A DNA stretch of 64,000 nucleotides, taken from positions 62,001 through 126,000 of the forward strand of contig JAYWIR010000082.1 of assembly GCA_036172245.1 (NCBI GenBank), in the 5' to 3' direction. A program made the position numbers and the translations under genes. This stretch comes from Raillietiella orientalis. Lineage: Eukaryota. The notes below the pieces were generated by a model. The model was given only the letters and a program-made list of their open reading frames with translations. It was not told where the DNA came from and did no database searches. Below, piece after piece: positions 1 through 11,190 of the stretch; the first letter of the stretch is position 1, and every line of letters starts with the position of its first letter.

Positions 1-116
1 ATAAATGCGTACACTCATTTGTTGATAAACATAACATTTGTTTATTACCAATGATTGAAAAATCAATTCCAACATTTTTGTCTGAAATGGAGTATCAATG
101 ACGGACCTGAAAAACT

Positions 117-3100
117 TTGACGGTTCCATTGATAACATGGATTCGGTCTCATTGGACTCCTGTTCGCGACGAGGGCAACATCCGTTGCTTCCGGGCAAGC
201 GGAAGATTCCCTTCCCTCCACCACAGCCAGCACCTGTGCAAGAGTGGAGGCATGGCGCCAACTGGCGCTTGGACATCGCTCAGGCTGCTCACCAATTTGC
301 TGGGCTTTCCTTTGCCTCATCCCTTGGTTCGGTTCTCCCTCCGGACGGAAAATCCACTGCGGAAAAAGACCACTAGGGCGGAGCTCATCTGCATGCCCGC
401 CTGGCTCGAGAGGCTTTTCTGTCACAAGGAAGTCATCGAGGCGATTCTGCATGACACATCCATCCGCAGAGTCGCCGACTGGGACAGACTGAAGCATCGT
501 ATCCATTTGTTCTGCAACATGCAGTTCGGGGACAAGAGACTGAGGCAGGAAGCGTTCCGGGAGCTAAACATCCAAGATGGCTCCCTCTCAAAGTACTATG
601 AACAGTACGAGAGTCGGTACGTCTTCCAAAACGTAAAAGGGGAAGTCAGCGCGCTGGTGAAGAAGAATCTGGCAACAGACATCTTCTGCATCTAGTACGG
701 CGGCTACAGCCGGCACACGTCGGAAGACAGAGCACGCCTGTCTCACTGGACACAGGGGAATGTGGATGCCCGATGCGTCGAGTGCGGTGAAAGGGAAACC
801 TTCCCGTATCTCACCCTCGAGTGTGTCGCCCTGGTTGGACTCTGGAGTAGAATGGCCCCAATCCTCCATCTTCCAGTAGGCGACCCTAAGGAAATTTACC
901 GTCGCCTCTTTCTGCGTAACAGCCTGCGCCCCGCTGCGTCTCTAGCAGTCCTCTTCTGTGTGCGCTGCATCGTGCAAAGGTGGAACGCGAGAATAAGAGG
1001 CCAAAGATTCAGGGACGCCATCCACTGGACGACGATCTCTTTGGAGACGGCGACAAGGTGGCGTCTACCTCCAATGCTAAAAGCAGAACTTGGCTGTATC
1101 CTGAACAGGATGCGGAGGACCGACCCAGGCGCCCCACTCCCTATTCCTTCCCTGCCCCCCACTCCCTCATGGAACTGTTTCCCTCCCCGTTATTTCTCTT
1201 TTTGATTCTTTTTGTTACAGTTTCCCCTCCCCCTGCGCCTCGGGAAAGGACCTAGCCGGTCTCGGCACCGGCTCCCGAAACGTCTGCCAGCGTGGGAAAA
1301 CCAAGTGTTTTCCCACAAAAAACTATTTACAGACTTTATTAACTAATTTTGTAGGAATTAGATTAATAAATGCCCCGGCATATCCGGGTGACAAACGTTG
1401 GAAGACATCGTGGAGGCCTTCCAAAGGCACTACACGGGACACTTCCGACGGCAACACCTGTGTCCGGCAATTCAAAAGGCTTTCCTGAGTCATCTTGAAA
1501 AGAAGACGGATGACCTCCAACGGAAGAGACTGGAAGAGGATTTCTCCGAAGACGAGGTGAACACTGCGTTTCGAGAATTACGCAAGGATGTGGCGGTAGG
1601 TCCTGATAGTGTCCCCATCACTCACTATCAGCGATACCTGCACGCCTACCTGCGTTCATTGCACCAGCTGACCCTCTGCATCTGACAAGAAGGAAGACTA
1701 CCAGAATCCTTCTACGAGAGCAGGATGAGATTGCTGCCGAAAGGAGGCGACCTAACCAAGGTTGCCCAATCTCAATCCTCAACCCCGATGCCAAGTGGTT
1801 GGCAAAGATGTGGGCCAACCGCGTAGGCAAGGTCATGCCGAAGCTCATTTCTCCAGTCCAGACATGCGTGATGCCCGGACGCCACATGTCGGATAATGTC
1901 AAATGCGCCCAGGCCACTGTCGATACATCCGTGAGAATCTTGTGCTGGTGTGCACTGACATGGAGAAAGTTTTCGACGCCATCGACCATGGGATGCTTCT
2001 GAAGATTCTGGAAAAACCGGGTCTTCCGGAATACTTCGGTAACTTCGTGAGGATGGTACTCCAGAAACAGTACTTCCGAATAAAAATAAACGGAGAAGAA
2101 ACAGCAGCTATTCGGATGGAACGAGGAGTCTGCCAGGGTGCGCGTACGATGCGGTTTGTTATCTACATGGAGGCGCTGTCTCCTTTTATCGAGAAAAGTG
2201 GACGTCTCCGTGGGATCACCATCGACGACGAGAATATCACTCATCTGGCTTACGTGGACGATCTCCTCTTCTTCATCAAAGGAGAGCGAGATCAGCAAGC
2301 GTTCCTGGATGTGGTGGAGCTGATGGAAGAGAGATTGGGCTTGAAGATCAACGTCCAGAAAAGTCAAATTTGGCCCGTCGGCATCCTGGATCTCTCCTCT
2401 CTCACGGGTAGGATTCCGTACGGTGCACAACTCCAAGTACCTAGGAGTCCAAATCGGCGACGACTCCGCGTCAAAACTACTGTGGACTAAAATTCTAGGG
2501 AAAATGGCGAAAGAGGCGGCAAAACCTCGACTGGACCTTGGGATGAAAAGGAAGGCCAACCTTTGGAATGAAGTACTTCTTCCGAAAATAGTCTTCGGAG
2601 AGACCTTCCACAGAATGAACCAGGACACCACCAAAGTAGAAAAGCTGCAGAGGAAAACTCTCTGGGGAAAATACCGCCCCAGGGTAAGACTGAAACCCTT
2701 GTGTCGTCCCAAGGAAGAGGGTGGAACCGGGATGAAGTCGCTTGCACATTCCGTGGAAACCATGGATACGCGACACATCCTGGATATCGCGGCTCATTGG
2801 GATCGCCGTATGCGGCGCATAGGGCCTATTCGTTGTTGTTGAACAACTCGAAGGGCCCTATGACAGCGTTGCTAGGCCGAGCAGGGGAATGGTTCACCAT
2901 CGATCCCACCTGGAGAAGGAACCAACAGCTGGTGCGAAAACACCAACTAAAGATCGTTCCAAGTAGAGAACTCTGGCAGGAGGAATCCATCCTGGTGACC
3001 CTTGGATGCTTCGAGTGCCCCTGGACACGAGAAGCTGGATCTACGATCTGCCCAGAGTTACCCTGCAACGAATCCAGGAATGGAGAAGAGGAAGATACCT

Positions 3101-3960
3101 TCACCATTCTCGTATACTCCGGTATATCGAGATGGTGTTGGGAAGATACACCCACAGGACACGTGAGGTGTGGAAAAACCACAGTGACTTTGCTTAGTCC
3201 AGGGTGAACAAACAGAACCTCCGAAGATTAATTAAAGAAAACCAAGATTTCAGTGCACTCCACGAAGCTGCCGATCGCTACGGGAGTTACAGAATCAACC
3301 TGTTAGCGATCGGTACACGCTCTGGAGGAGTGACCTTCCGCCGAACACTCAGGACTACTTCCTGATATTTTATCACGGAGGAATCCTGAGCGGGTCCAGA
3401 TTGAAGTATTTCACCGGAAGACGGAACGATGAAGACTGCAAGGCATGTGGAGACGCAGACAAAAGACCTCACATCTTGACGTGTCCCACGTTGCTCCACG
3501 ACTGGCTGATCCTGAAAAGGATCATAGGACTGATCCACCACCTCAGTAATGGGAATCCTTGCCGGGATTGCAAGGGAATGCAAACGTTCCCTGTTATAAT
3601 CCCACGGTAAGAACGACCATTGCTCTCTTCATCACCGTTATACTTGTGCGGTGGTGGAAGATGAGGAAAGCCAGGACAGCCGCATCCCCGATGGAGATCA
3701 TGAAAGGACTAATCCAGAAGATCAGCATCAAGAATTGTGGAAGTCTCCAAGCCTGGACGTACCGCTACATTCTGAAGAGGATTGAGGACGATGCTCGGGA
3801 AACAACAACGAGGAACCCACCCTGAGTGCAGAATTTGCGTCACCCAAAGTAGACTTCCAATTGAAAACAAGTGTTTGAGGCAGTACGAATGAGATTGTAA
3901 TGTGAACGATAAGATCAGAAAATAAATTTACCCCACCCCTCGTGGGACTTGGGGAAAAAA
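117..3960 (+). mobile_element. L1/Tx1-clade non-LTR retrotransposon, family A, 5'-truncated and degenerate (APE C-terminus, linker, RT, C-terminal zinc finger, 3' UTR); interrupted at 730-1391
   Basis: Frameshifted ORF2 pieces: HPLVRFSL (APE end), AVGPDSVP, LLPKGGDL, DMEKVFDAIDH, RGVCQG, LAYVDDL, KYLGV, LCRPKEEGGTG, CKACGDADKRPHILTC. Ends AATAAA (3921) + CCCCACCCCTCGTGGGACTTGGGG + A6. Confidence 0.9.
730..1391 (+). mobile_element. Family B L1/Tx1-like 3' fragment (zf-RVT-like CxxC..H..C domain plus structured 3' UTR) nested in the family A copy
   Basis: HWTQGNVDARCVECGERETFPYLTLEC. Flanked by an imperfect 16-bp direct repeat, CACACGTCGGAAGACA (714-729) / CAAACGTTGGAAGACA (1392-1407). The host frame resumes after it (compare the uninterrupted RQTSEEIVKAF at ~21060). 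Confidence 0.85.
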
Positions 3961-5064
3961 GTAGTAAACCCAGCCTAACCTAGCTGGTGTCATTTCACCT
4001 GAACTGACTTGGAAAGGAACTGGAAAAGTAGGATCATCTTGCTGAGTGATGCGTGTCTAAGAAATTCTTTCATGAAACTCGAATCTGTACACCGTGGTCC
4101 ACGTACTAAGTTCATTTCTTTGTCGCAGGCAGGAAGATGTACACACACCAACTCCCTCAGGGAACTGCGTACTGCCCGAAGTGATGCTACATTTTGACAT
4201 GCTGTTCAAAGGCGATTCACGCAGAAGTCGCGTACTCGCGAATGCGGATTCACGGAACTGAGGTTGCCTTCGTCACAGAGTGCGCGGACTCATGCGAACG
4301 GTCGCGAAAGGAATGACATGTACACATGTGGCACGTACATGATGATCCTTGACGAAACGAGGAACGCGTGCTTTCAATGTAGCGTCCGACCAGCTGCGTT
4401 CCCAGCGCGTAGCGTACTCACTGATGACCAAGCTGTGGATTCACGGAACAAGGAAGAAGCAATTCAGAAACCAACGGGAGAAATAATTTCAGATGACTTC
4501 AAGGGAACACAAGAAATTCAGCATCCTGATTGGAGAAAAGAATGTTTCCGATAGTCCGCATGTTTTTTCGTGTATCACTTTGCAGAGCACAGGCAAGAAC
4601 TTGACCAATGCACGGCTTGAGACTCTCCTCACTGCACTAGGGAGCTTGAGTGACGTCACGTCTGCAGCAAAGTATCTGCTCCGCAACGAACCCTGTTGCG
4701 TAGCAACAGAGATTTGTTTTCACGAAAGGCCAGCCAACGTAGACAGGAACATCGCCACCGCCCTCTCCTGGAGCAACCGACGATCGCGCCAGGAGCCACC
4801 CTTCCCCCCGAGGGCGCTCCCGGCTGCAGAACCGTGTCGCCATTCCTTCTCCACCGAAAATCCAGAGTTGCGTTCGCCGTGCCTAGGGGAGCGGTGCGTG
4901 AAGTCGGTGCCTTCGCCTCCCCAACTTTGGAATCCTCCGTTTCTGCAAACCTAACTTACAATGAAAAGCGAAAGAATGGAATTTCAACTGCTTTACCTTG
5001 GGTTCTCTGCTCCTTGAAAGCAACGCACACAAAGTTCCAAAATCGACTTTTTCAAAAAAAATCG

Positions 5065-6277
5065 ATCTTGGAACAGCGATTGGTACACGGCAGCCCGGAG
5101 CTCCGCAGACCAGCCCAGTGCGGGTTTCACCTGCGTCGCTTGGACGTTGTGGTTCGGGAGAACGCCTGGATCTCCTGCCTTCCCGGGAACTACTCTGCAT
5201 GGCTGCACGAGTCAGTCTCCACGTGGGAAAAGATCCACATTCCGGCGGGCACAAAGAACACTTGCCTGAAAAGGCACGCCCGCTGGACGCTGCAGGAGAT
5301 CGTACAGTCCCACGACAAGCTTATGTGGGCCCTGATTACTCCCCTTGCCCCAGAGCTGCCCTTCCTTATAAACGCCAGGGACAGTAGCGAGCAGGGGAAA
5401 TGGACAGTTTCCTGCACCATTGGCGGCAGGACACAACTGATCAAGGCGTGGACATCTCGGCAGCTAGCGGATGCTGCGACGCCGAGTGTCCCGCCCATCG
5501 GAATTCGACACTGGGGCGAGCTACTCAGACTATCTCCGGAGGAGATGAAGTGGCCCCCAGCGTCCTGGAACAGTGGATCCCTCCCCCTGAATTGGCAGGA
5601 GGTGGCGTTGCTTGTCGAACATTGGGGTTTACCCTGCAAAGCACGCCTGTATCACTCCACACGGGGGGCTGTGGATCCCCAGTGCGACCGGTGCGGGGAA
5701 AAAGAGACATTCCCCCACCTTCTACTTGAATGCGGTGCCATCTGCCCTCTCTGGGATCGTCTTGCGGCGATTCTGGACATTCGCGGAGGCGCCCCTAAGA
5801 ACGTTTTCAGTCGCCTCTTCTCTCGTGACGCCTTGTCCCTTCCCGCTTGTGTATCAGTTCTCTGCTGCATTCGAGGGATCGTGGCAGCTTGGAACGCCAC
5901 CAGAAGAAGGCGTCAGGCCAGCGGCAACGCCTTACACTGGACTCGCCTTTTCGTGCGAAGCGTGTGCAAGTGGCGCCATTTGGGCGCAGATAGGACGCAG
6001 CTTGTGAGGATCCTGAACAGGATCTAGAGGACCTCTCCGCGCGCACTGTGATCCCTTCCCCGCCCTCCCATCCCCAAAACATTAGTGCCCTCCCCGTTTG
6101 AATATTTTGTTTGTTTTGTTTGTTTTATCCCCTCCCCGCGCATCGGAAGGACCTCGCCGGTTCAACACCGGCAAACAGCAGGCTGCCTTGCTGTGGTGGA
6201 CCTTCGGGTTCGCCACGTGAAAATTCATTGTGCTTTTGTTTTTTACAAATAAACGCCCCGGTATATCCGGGTGTAAA
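5065..6277 (+). mobile_element. Family B retrotransposon, 5'-truncated, with an open C-terminal ORF2 segment and 3' UTR
   Basis: Open frame to 6027 with AATPS...RHWGELL, HWGLPCKAR, CDRCGEKETFPHLLLEC. 3' hairpins and AATAAA-CGCCCCGGTATATCCGGGTG at 6248-6273. Left boundary approximate. Confidence 0.85.
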
Positions 6278-6449
6278 AGCCCGGAGCTCCGCTCAGCGCC
6301 AGGTTGCCGTGTACCAACCGCTCAGAATCAACCAGGGGTAATGATAGTCGTACCGCAGGCTCAGCTCTGAGACGCGAATCACCCAGATATATCTCCGGAA
6401 TGGACGATAGCACTGCCAGGCCGGAGCTTGAGTCCGCCGGTGTGGCATG

Positions 6450-7060
6450 CAAAGGTGAGCTCGGCAGTGGCAGATCACGGTTCTCTCATTGGACACGAAA
6501 GAGAGTGCATGGCCATTGTACAAAGTGCGGCGAGAAGGAGACCTTCATGCACTTCTTGGTAGACTGTTCTGCCCTCCTACCCCTCTGGAATCGTATCTCG
6601 ACGATCCTAGCAAACCCGGAGGGCGAACTCAGGGACATTTTCCAACGCATCCTCCCGCGTACCGATCTGCTACTAGCTGCATCCTTATCAATTCTCTGCT
6701 GTATCAACGAAATCGTGGCATGCTGAAACGTGACGAGCAGTGGGCAAAATATCAGGGACTCCATCCACTAGACGACGATCTCTTTGAGGAACGCGTCGAG
6801 ATGACCCCACCTGGGCAACGCAAAAACAGCACTCCTCAGCATCCTGAACGGCAGAGAATGTCTCCAGGCGAACAGTATGATTCCTTTCCTGAGCCCTCCC
6901 TTCCTTAAGAAACTTTCCCCTCTTCTTTTTACTTTTTCTATTTTTTTTTTTTTTTTTTGGTTTTCTTACCCCATTCGCTGGTGGAACGGATCTCACCGGT
7001 CTGCGTACCGGTTTTTGGCAACTCATTCGCTTGTGGTAGAACCAAGTGTTCTTCCACGAA
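6450..7060 (+). mobile_element. Family B 3' fragment (zinc finger and partial 3' UTR, terminal hairpin missing)
   Basis: HWTRKRVHGHCTKCGEKETFMHFLVDC; hairpins ACCGGT-ctgcgt-ACCGGT (6995-7012) and GTGGTAGAAC-caagt-GTTCTTCCAC (7033-7057). Confidence 0.8.
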
Positions 7061-8056
7061 TCTGTAATCTAATCTAACGACTTTTGTGAGTTCCTGTATC
7101 AAGCAGGTCGAAAGGTCGGTGATCCTCCCCTGAAGACCCTGCCCTTGGACCGTTTGGAGGGTCTCGGAAAGAAACAACGTGCGTGCAAGGAATTTCTGCA
7201 CATCGGGAATAGCACACATGGGCACGTTTACATACTCAGAGCCGCAAACCTCTGTCTGCAACAACACATCCGGTGCAACCATGAAAAAGAAATTCTCATC
7301 AAGTGTTCTCAATCTCAAGCGCAGTTAGGTCTGACATTTCCCAGTCGGCAATCACAGAGAGTAGGAAGAAGCTGTGTGACGCATTGAATTGAACAGAATC
7401 TCCAGCCACTTCTTCACCTCAGACAGATAAGTTCGGTCCTCGGATTGCAGGTTCATCCGTGCACAGCGGCTAAGCGTCTTACCTGTTAGAGGGGTTGCAA
7501 GTCGTAAACAGGACCGTAGCTGAAGAAGATCTCAGTTTGAAGATGAGACACTCTGTCTCACGTATTAAACAACTGCCTGTGTCGCGCTCCCCAGTGGACT
7601 CAAAGGCACGGTACCTTGACTCACCTACTGACAGCGGCAGCTAGAGGAATTGGGGAGAGGTTCCCTGCAGCAATTTATTCCCTGGAGTGGACCTTAGCCT
7701 CCGTTCTGTACACTTTATCCCAAGGGGGAAGGAACGTCATTCTGGAAGTTGTTGCCTGCTCTACCAAGAACACCCCTTCAACTTTCGGGGGGGTGCTCGA
7801 GGGGTAAAGAAGGGCAAACACAAAGACCACTTTCTCACTGTGCCCCTGTCGACGAAAGGCGCTCAGGTGAAGGCCAGAGCCCTCATAACTGACCCACTCG
7901 TGTCCTGGAATCACCACAATCAGGTAGTATTGTGAAAGATGATGATGCTGGAGCGACACCTCCACAAGATAAGGCGCCTCTTTGGTGCCTTGAATATCGC
8001 AATTTGGCTGCTGTCGACAACGGCCCTTGGTTGTGACATCCCTGATGAGGAAATTT

Positions 8057-8470
8057 CTCTCCCGGTGACGCGGTGGCGTTTATTTAAAAAACAAAAAAAT
8101 ATAAACAAGCTGAAAGCTGAATCTCCAACCAAAGACAAAAGAAATACAAGGGATGAGGCATCCATCGACAAGCACGAAAGGAAATCTCAAACTAGGAAAC
8201 ACAAGGGAAGCGGCATCAAATAAATATGGAAATATCGAACGGTAGAAGCAAGGATCTTTGGTTAATCCCGTTCTTTATAGAGAAGAAAAAACCAGGAAAA
8301 ATCCGGAACGGGTGAGAGGGCAATAAAGAACAGAAAACAAACAAATAATTCAATAAATAAGGGATGGGCATCGGCCGTTCCTTTCTTTTCAAGTTGGTAC
8401 TGGATGTCGGCTATCTTCGACTTGAATTCGTCTTCCAGGTGAAGCCGCCTTGCAGCCATCCCCACGTTTC
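8057..8470 (-). mobile_element. Family B-related 3' fragment
   Basis: Minus strand MAARRLHLEDEFKSKIADIQYQLEKKG resembles the ORF2 C-terminus of the 22111-22892 copy; ends AATAAACGCCACCGCGTCACCGGGAG. Confidence 0.65.
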
Positions 8471-8620
8471 TCACCCGGATTTTCCCGGGCATTTATTATT
8501 GAGAATTTTTATCCAAAAAAATCTAGAATAAATTCGTCATAACTGTTCGTTTCGTGGTAGAACACTTGATGGTGCCACGCTCGGGAGAGTTGCTATGAAT
8601 CGGTATGCAGACCGGTGATG
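8471..8620 (-). mobile_element. Family B 3' UTR-only fragment
   Basis: Minus strand ACCGGTCTGCATACCG, CGTGG..CAAGTGTTCTACCACG, AATAAATGCCCGGGAAAATCCGGGTG. Confidence 0.75.
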
Positions 8621-8621
8621 C

Positions 8622-10060
8622 CACCCGGATACTCCGGGACGTTTATTTAAAACCTCTAGCATGGTCAATACAAAAAACGTGGTACCAGGTCCCACTAACG
8701 GCCACGCAACACCGGACCTGCCGGGACGCAGACCGGTGAGGTCCTCCCCAACGGCGAAGGGGAAGGGAAAAACAAAATAAACAAAAAGAATTGAAATGGG
8801 AAGAAAGATGCTTTTTGAGGAAGGGAGGGCTGGGAATGGATCACTGTTTGCCTGGATTGGTCCTCGGCGTCCTGTTCAGATGCTGACAAGTGCTGCTCTT
8901 GAATTACTCCGGTGGAGCAATCTTGAAACGGTCTCCAAGACGATCGTGGTCCAGTGAATGGCATCCCTGCTTTCTTGGCCTCTTCTTTTAGCGTTTCGCC
9001 TTGCCAGGATGCCGCAAACACAGCAGAGAACTGCTAGTTGCGGCGGGTGGAAGTGCATCACACCTGTAGAGGTGGCGGAAAATGTCTTTAGGGTCGCCTA
9101 CAGGAAGATTCAGAATCGACGAGAGTCGATGCCAAAGTTCGCGGAGGGCGAAATAGCTGTCTATTAAGAAATGCGAGAAGGTTCCCCTTTCGCCGCACTC
9201 TGCACAACGGGCATCCACACTCCCTAGTGTCCAGTGAGAGAGGCGTGCTCTGCATAGGATTCTCCAATGCAAAAGGAGCAATGCAGTCCGTTGCCGCTTC
9301 ATCGGAAGGGTGCCACTATCCTAACACTCTGGGGCCACTTCACCTCCTCCGGAGGTATTGCGAGCAGCTCGCCCCAGCGGGCAAGTCCTTCAAACGGGAC
9401 GCTCGGGGTCGCAGCCCCCACTAGCTCCCGAGTTTTCCACGCCTTTAACGATTTCTTCCTGCCTCCGATGAGGCAGGACACTCCCCGCATTGCCCGTCCG
9501 TCGCTGTCCCTAACGTTCCTGAGAGAGGGCAGCACTGCAACAAGGCGAGTAAAAGGAGTCAACAGCAAATTTCGTGGGTTGTTTACAATCTCCTGCAGGG
9601 GCTGACGAGCGTAGGTTCCTCTTCGGAGGCAGGAGTATTCCGCCTCGCTCGGGCCGTTGATTTTTCCCCATGCGGAAACTGACTCCTGAGGCCAGTCGGT
9701 GGAGTTCGCGGTAAGACAGGAGATCCACGTATTCTTCCTCACCAGGGCAACCATCTGGCGCAGCTGATGGCCACAATAACCCAGTCTGCGTTGATTCGCC
9801 ACGAGGATCGAAGACAATCCTTCGCAGCCGGTCGCTCTGCAGGAGAGGAGCCGTGCGGGTTCACATCAGGGCGTTATCCAGAAGTTCGCCGCATGGATGA
9901 GTCTCCGAAATCGGAGCTGCCGCTCCATGCGCTCCAGCGTCAGCAGACCCAATCCACCGTCCCTGCGTGGAGCGTCCAAGTCTTCCAAGCGGACACCGGA
10001 CCTCCCACTGCCCCACAGGTCTTGCCTCAGAGGACTCTTGGTCGGTCTTTTGATGATTTG
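8622..10060 (-). mobile_element. Family B retrotransposon, post-RT region to 3' end
   Basis: Minus frames: LWGSGRSGVRLEDLDAPRRDGGLGL (post-RT motif), AATPSVPFEGLARWGELL, HWTLGSVDARCAECGERGTFSHFLID; ends AATAAACGTCCCGGAGTATCCGGGTG. Confidence 0.85.
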
Positions 10061-10429
10061 TGGGGCGGGGCAAATAAAAAGTAAGGGGCGAAGAAGGGAG
10101 ACGCGAACGCATTCCACACAGCTTCACGTTCCTGCAAGGAAAACTTGTGGCATGTTGATGGAATAGATGGTTAAGTATGTAATTTATATTGTGGAAGATG
10201 TACTCATTGTGGAGGTTATTCATGCTATGTGGGAAATAGATGAATAGGTTATAAGTAGTCGGATAGGTCAGAGCTATGATAGGGGCTATTATGGCTCTGA
10301 GAATTGTGGAAGGTAGGATAATTGGTGATGGTGAGAGGGATATGATGAATATAGGGGTTAGTTTTTGTCAGGATAGTAGAATTGTGGTTGATAGTCATGA
10401 GGAGTTCTTGATGATGGGCAATAGTCAAT

Positions 10430-11190
10430 AATGAAATGGAAGTATGCCATCCCGGAACGGGCTGATCGTCCCCACGTAGGCGGCTGCCAGTACGGTGACC
10501 TCCCTTCGCCGCATCTGCCTCTCGAGCAGTTGGCGGGCCTTGACACAACACACGATGAGGAAATCGAAGAGAACATGGAAGACAACAAAAAAAGGGCACC
10601 AGCCGATGTAGATGTGGTCGAGGCTTCTCGCAAAAGACAGGATGATGGACAGGAGATGAAGAGGTGGAGATGGCAAAGATGGGGAAGATCGCAAAGAACC
10701 TGGTCCTTTCTCTCTATGCGATCTCCCTGTTCACCATCACTAGAGGAGATGGTTCACGCACGTCCTTGGGATGTCCAGCTCGTGCGGCATGCCGTCGTTC
10801 TTGAAACCCCTGCACCCCATTGAGCCGACAGCTCTGACACGAACCGATGCTTTGGGTCTTCCTGGGGATGAAAGCTCGTGGTTCAAATGTCTTTCCTCTT
10901 CGCATTTGTTTACACGGTACGCTGTCGGTGTGCTTTCGAATGGGCGACGCAAGTCGAACATCATGATGCCATTCGTCTTTCTGAGGAAGAGTTCAAGTCG
11001 CGAGAACGCCCTGTCGTCTAGCCAGGATCCTCCCTGCTTCCCCCTCTTGATCAGATGATGCAAAGTTGAAGGCGCCAGCTCCAAGGAATGTGTGACTCCG
11101 CCCACTCTGGAACCGACGGCTAGATCCACCCCTACCTGTTTCCCTTCGGTTGCTCAGGTAAAAGGAGATGAAAGCGTGCGACATGAAATG
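10430..11190 (-). mobile_element. Probable decayed LINE ORF1 (gag-like) remnant
   Basis: Degenerate zinc-knuckle-like stretches (VNKCEEERHLNHE; GCRGFKNDGMPH) in a GC-rich segment upstream of the minus-strand family B copy. Confidence 0.35.

Noticed and set aside
1618..2778. 386-aa minus-strand ORF
   Set aside because: Antisense shadow of the family A RT; no independent motifs.
4696..6027. 443-aa ORF as a stand-alone novel gene
   Set aside because: From ~5065 it is the family B ORF2 C-terminus; the upstream part starts at TTG and looks like chance read-through from unrelated sequence.
7070..8050. GC-balanced segment with several short ORFs
   Set aside because: Probably a decayed TE, but no diagnostic motif in any frame I read; left unannotated.
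8041..8056. Hammerhead core CTGATGAG..GAAA
   Set aside because: No room for stem II and no flanking stems.
10130..10430. His/Asn/Thr-rich ORFs
   Set aside because: Low-complexity strand-biased sequence with no clear repeat unit or domain.
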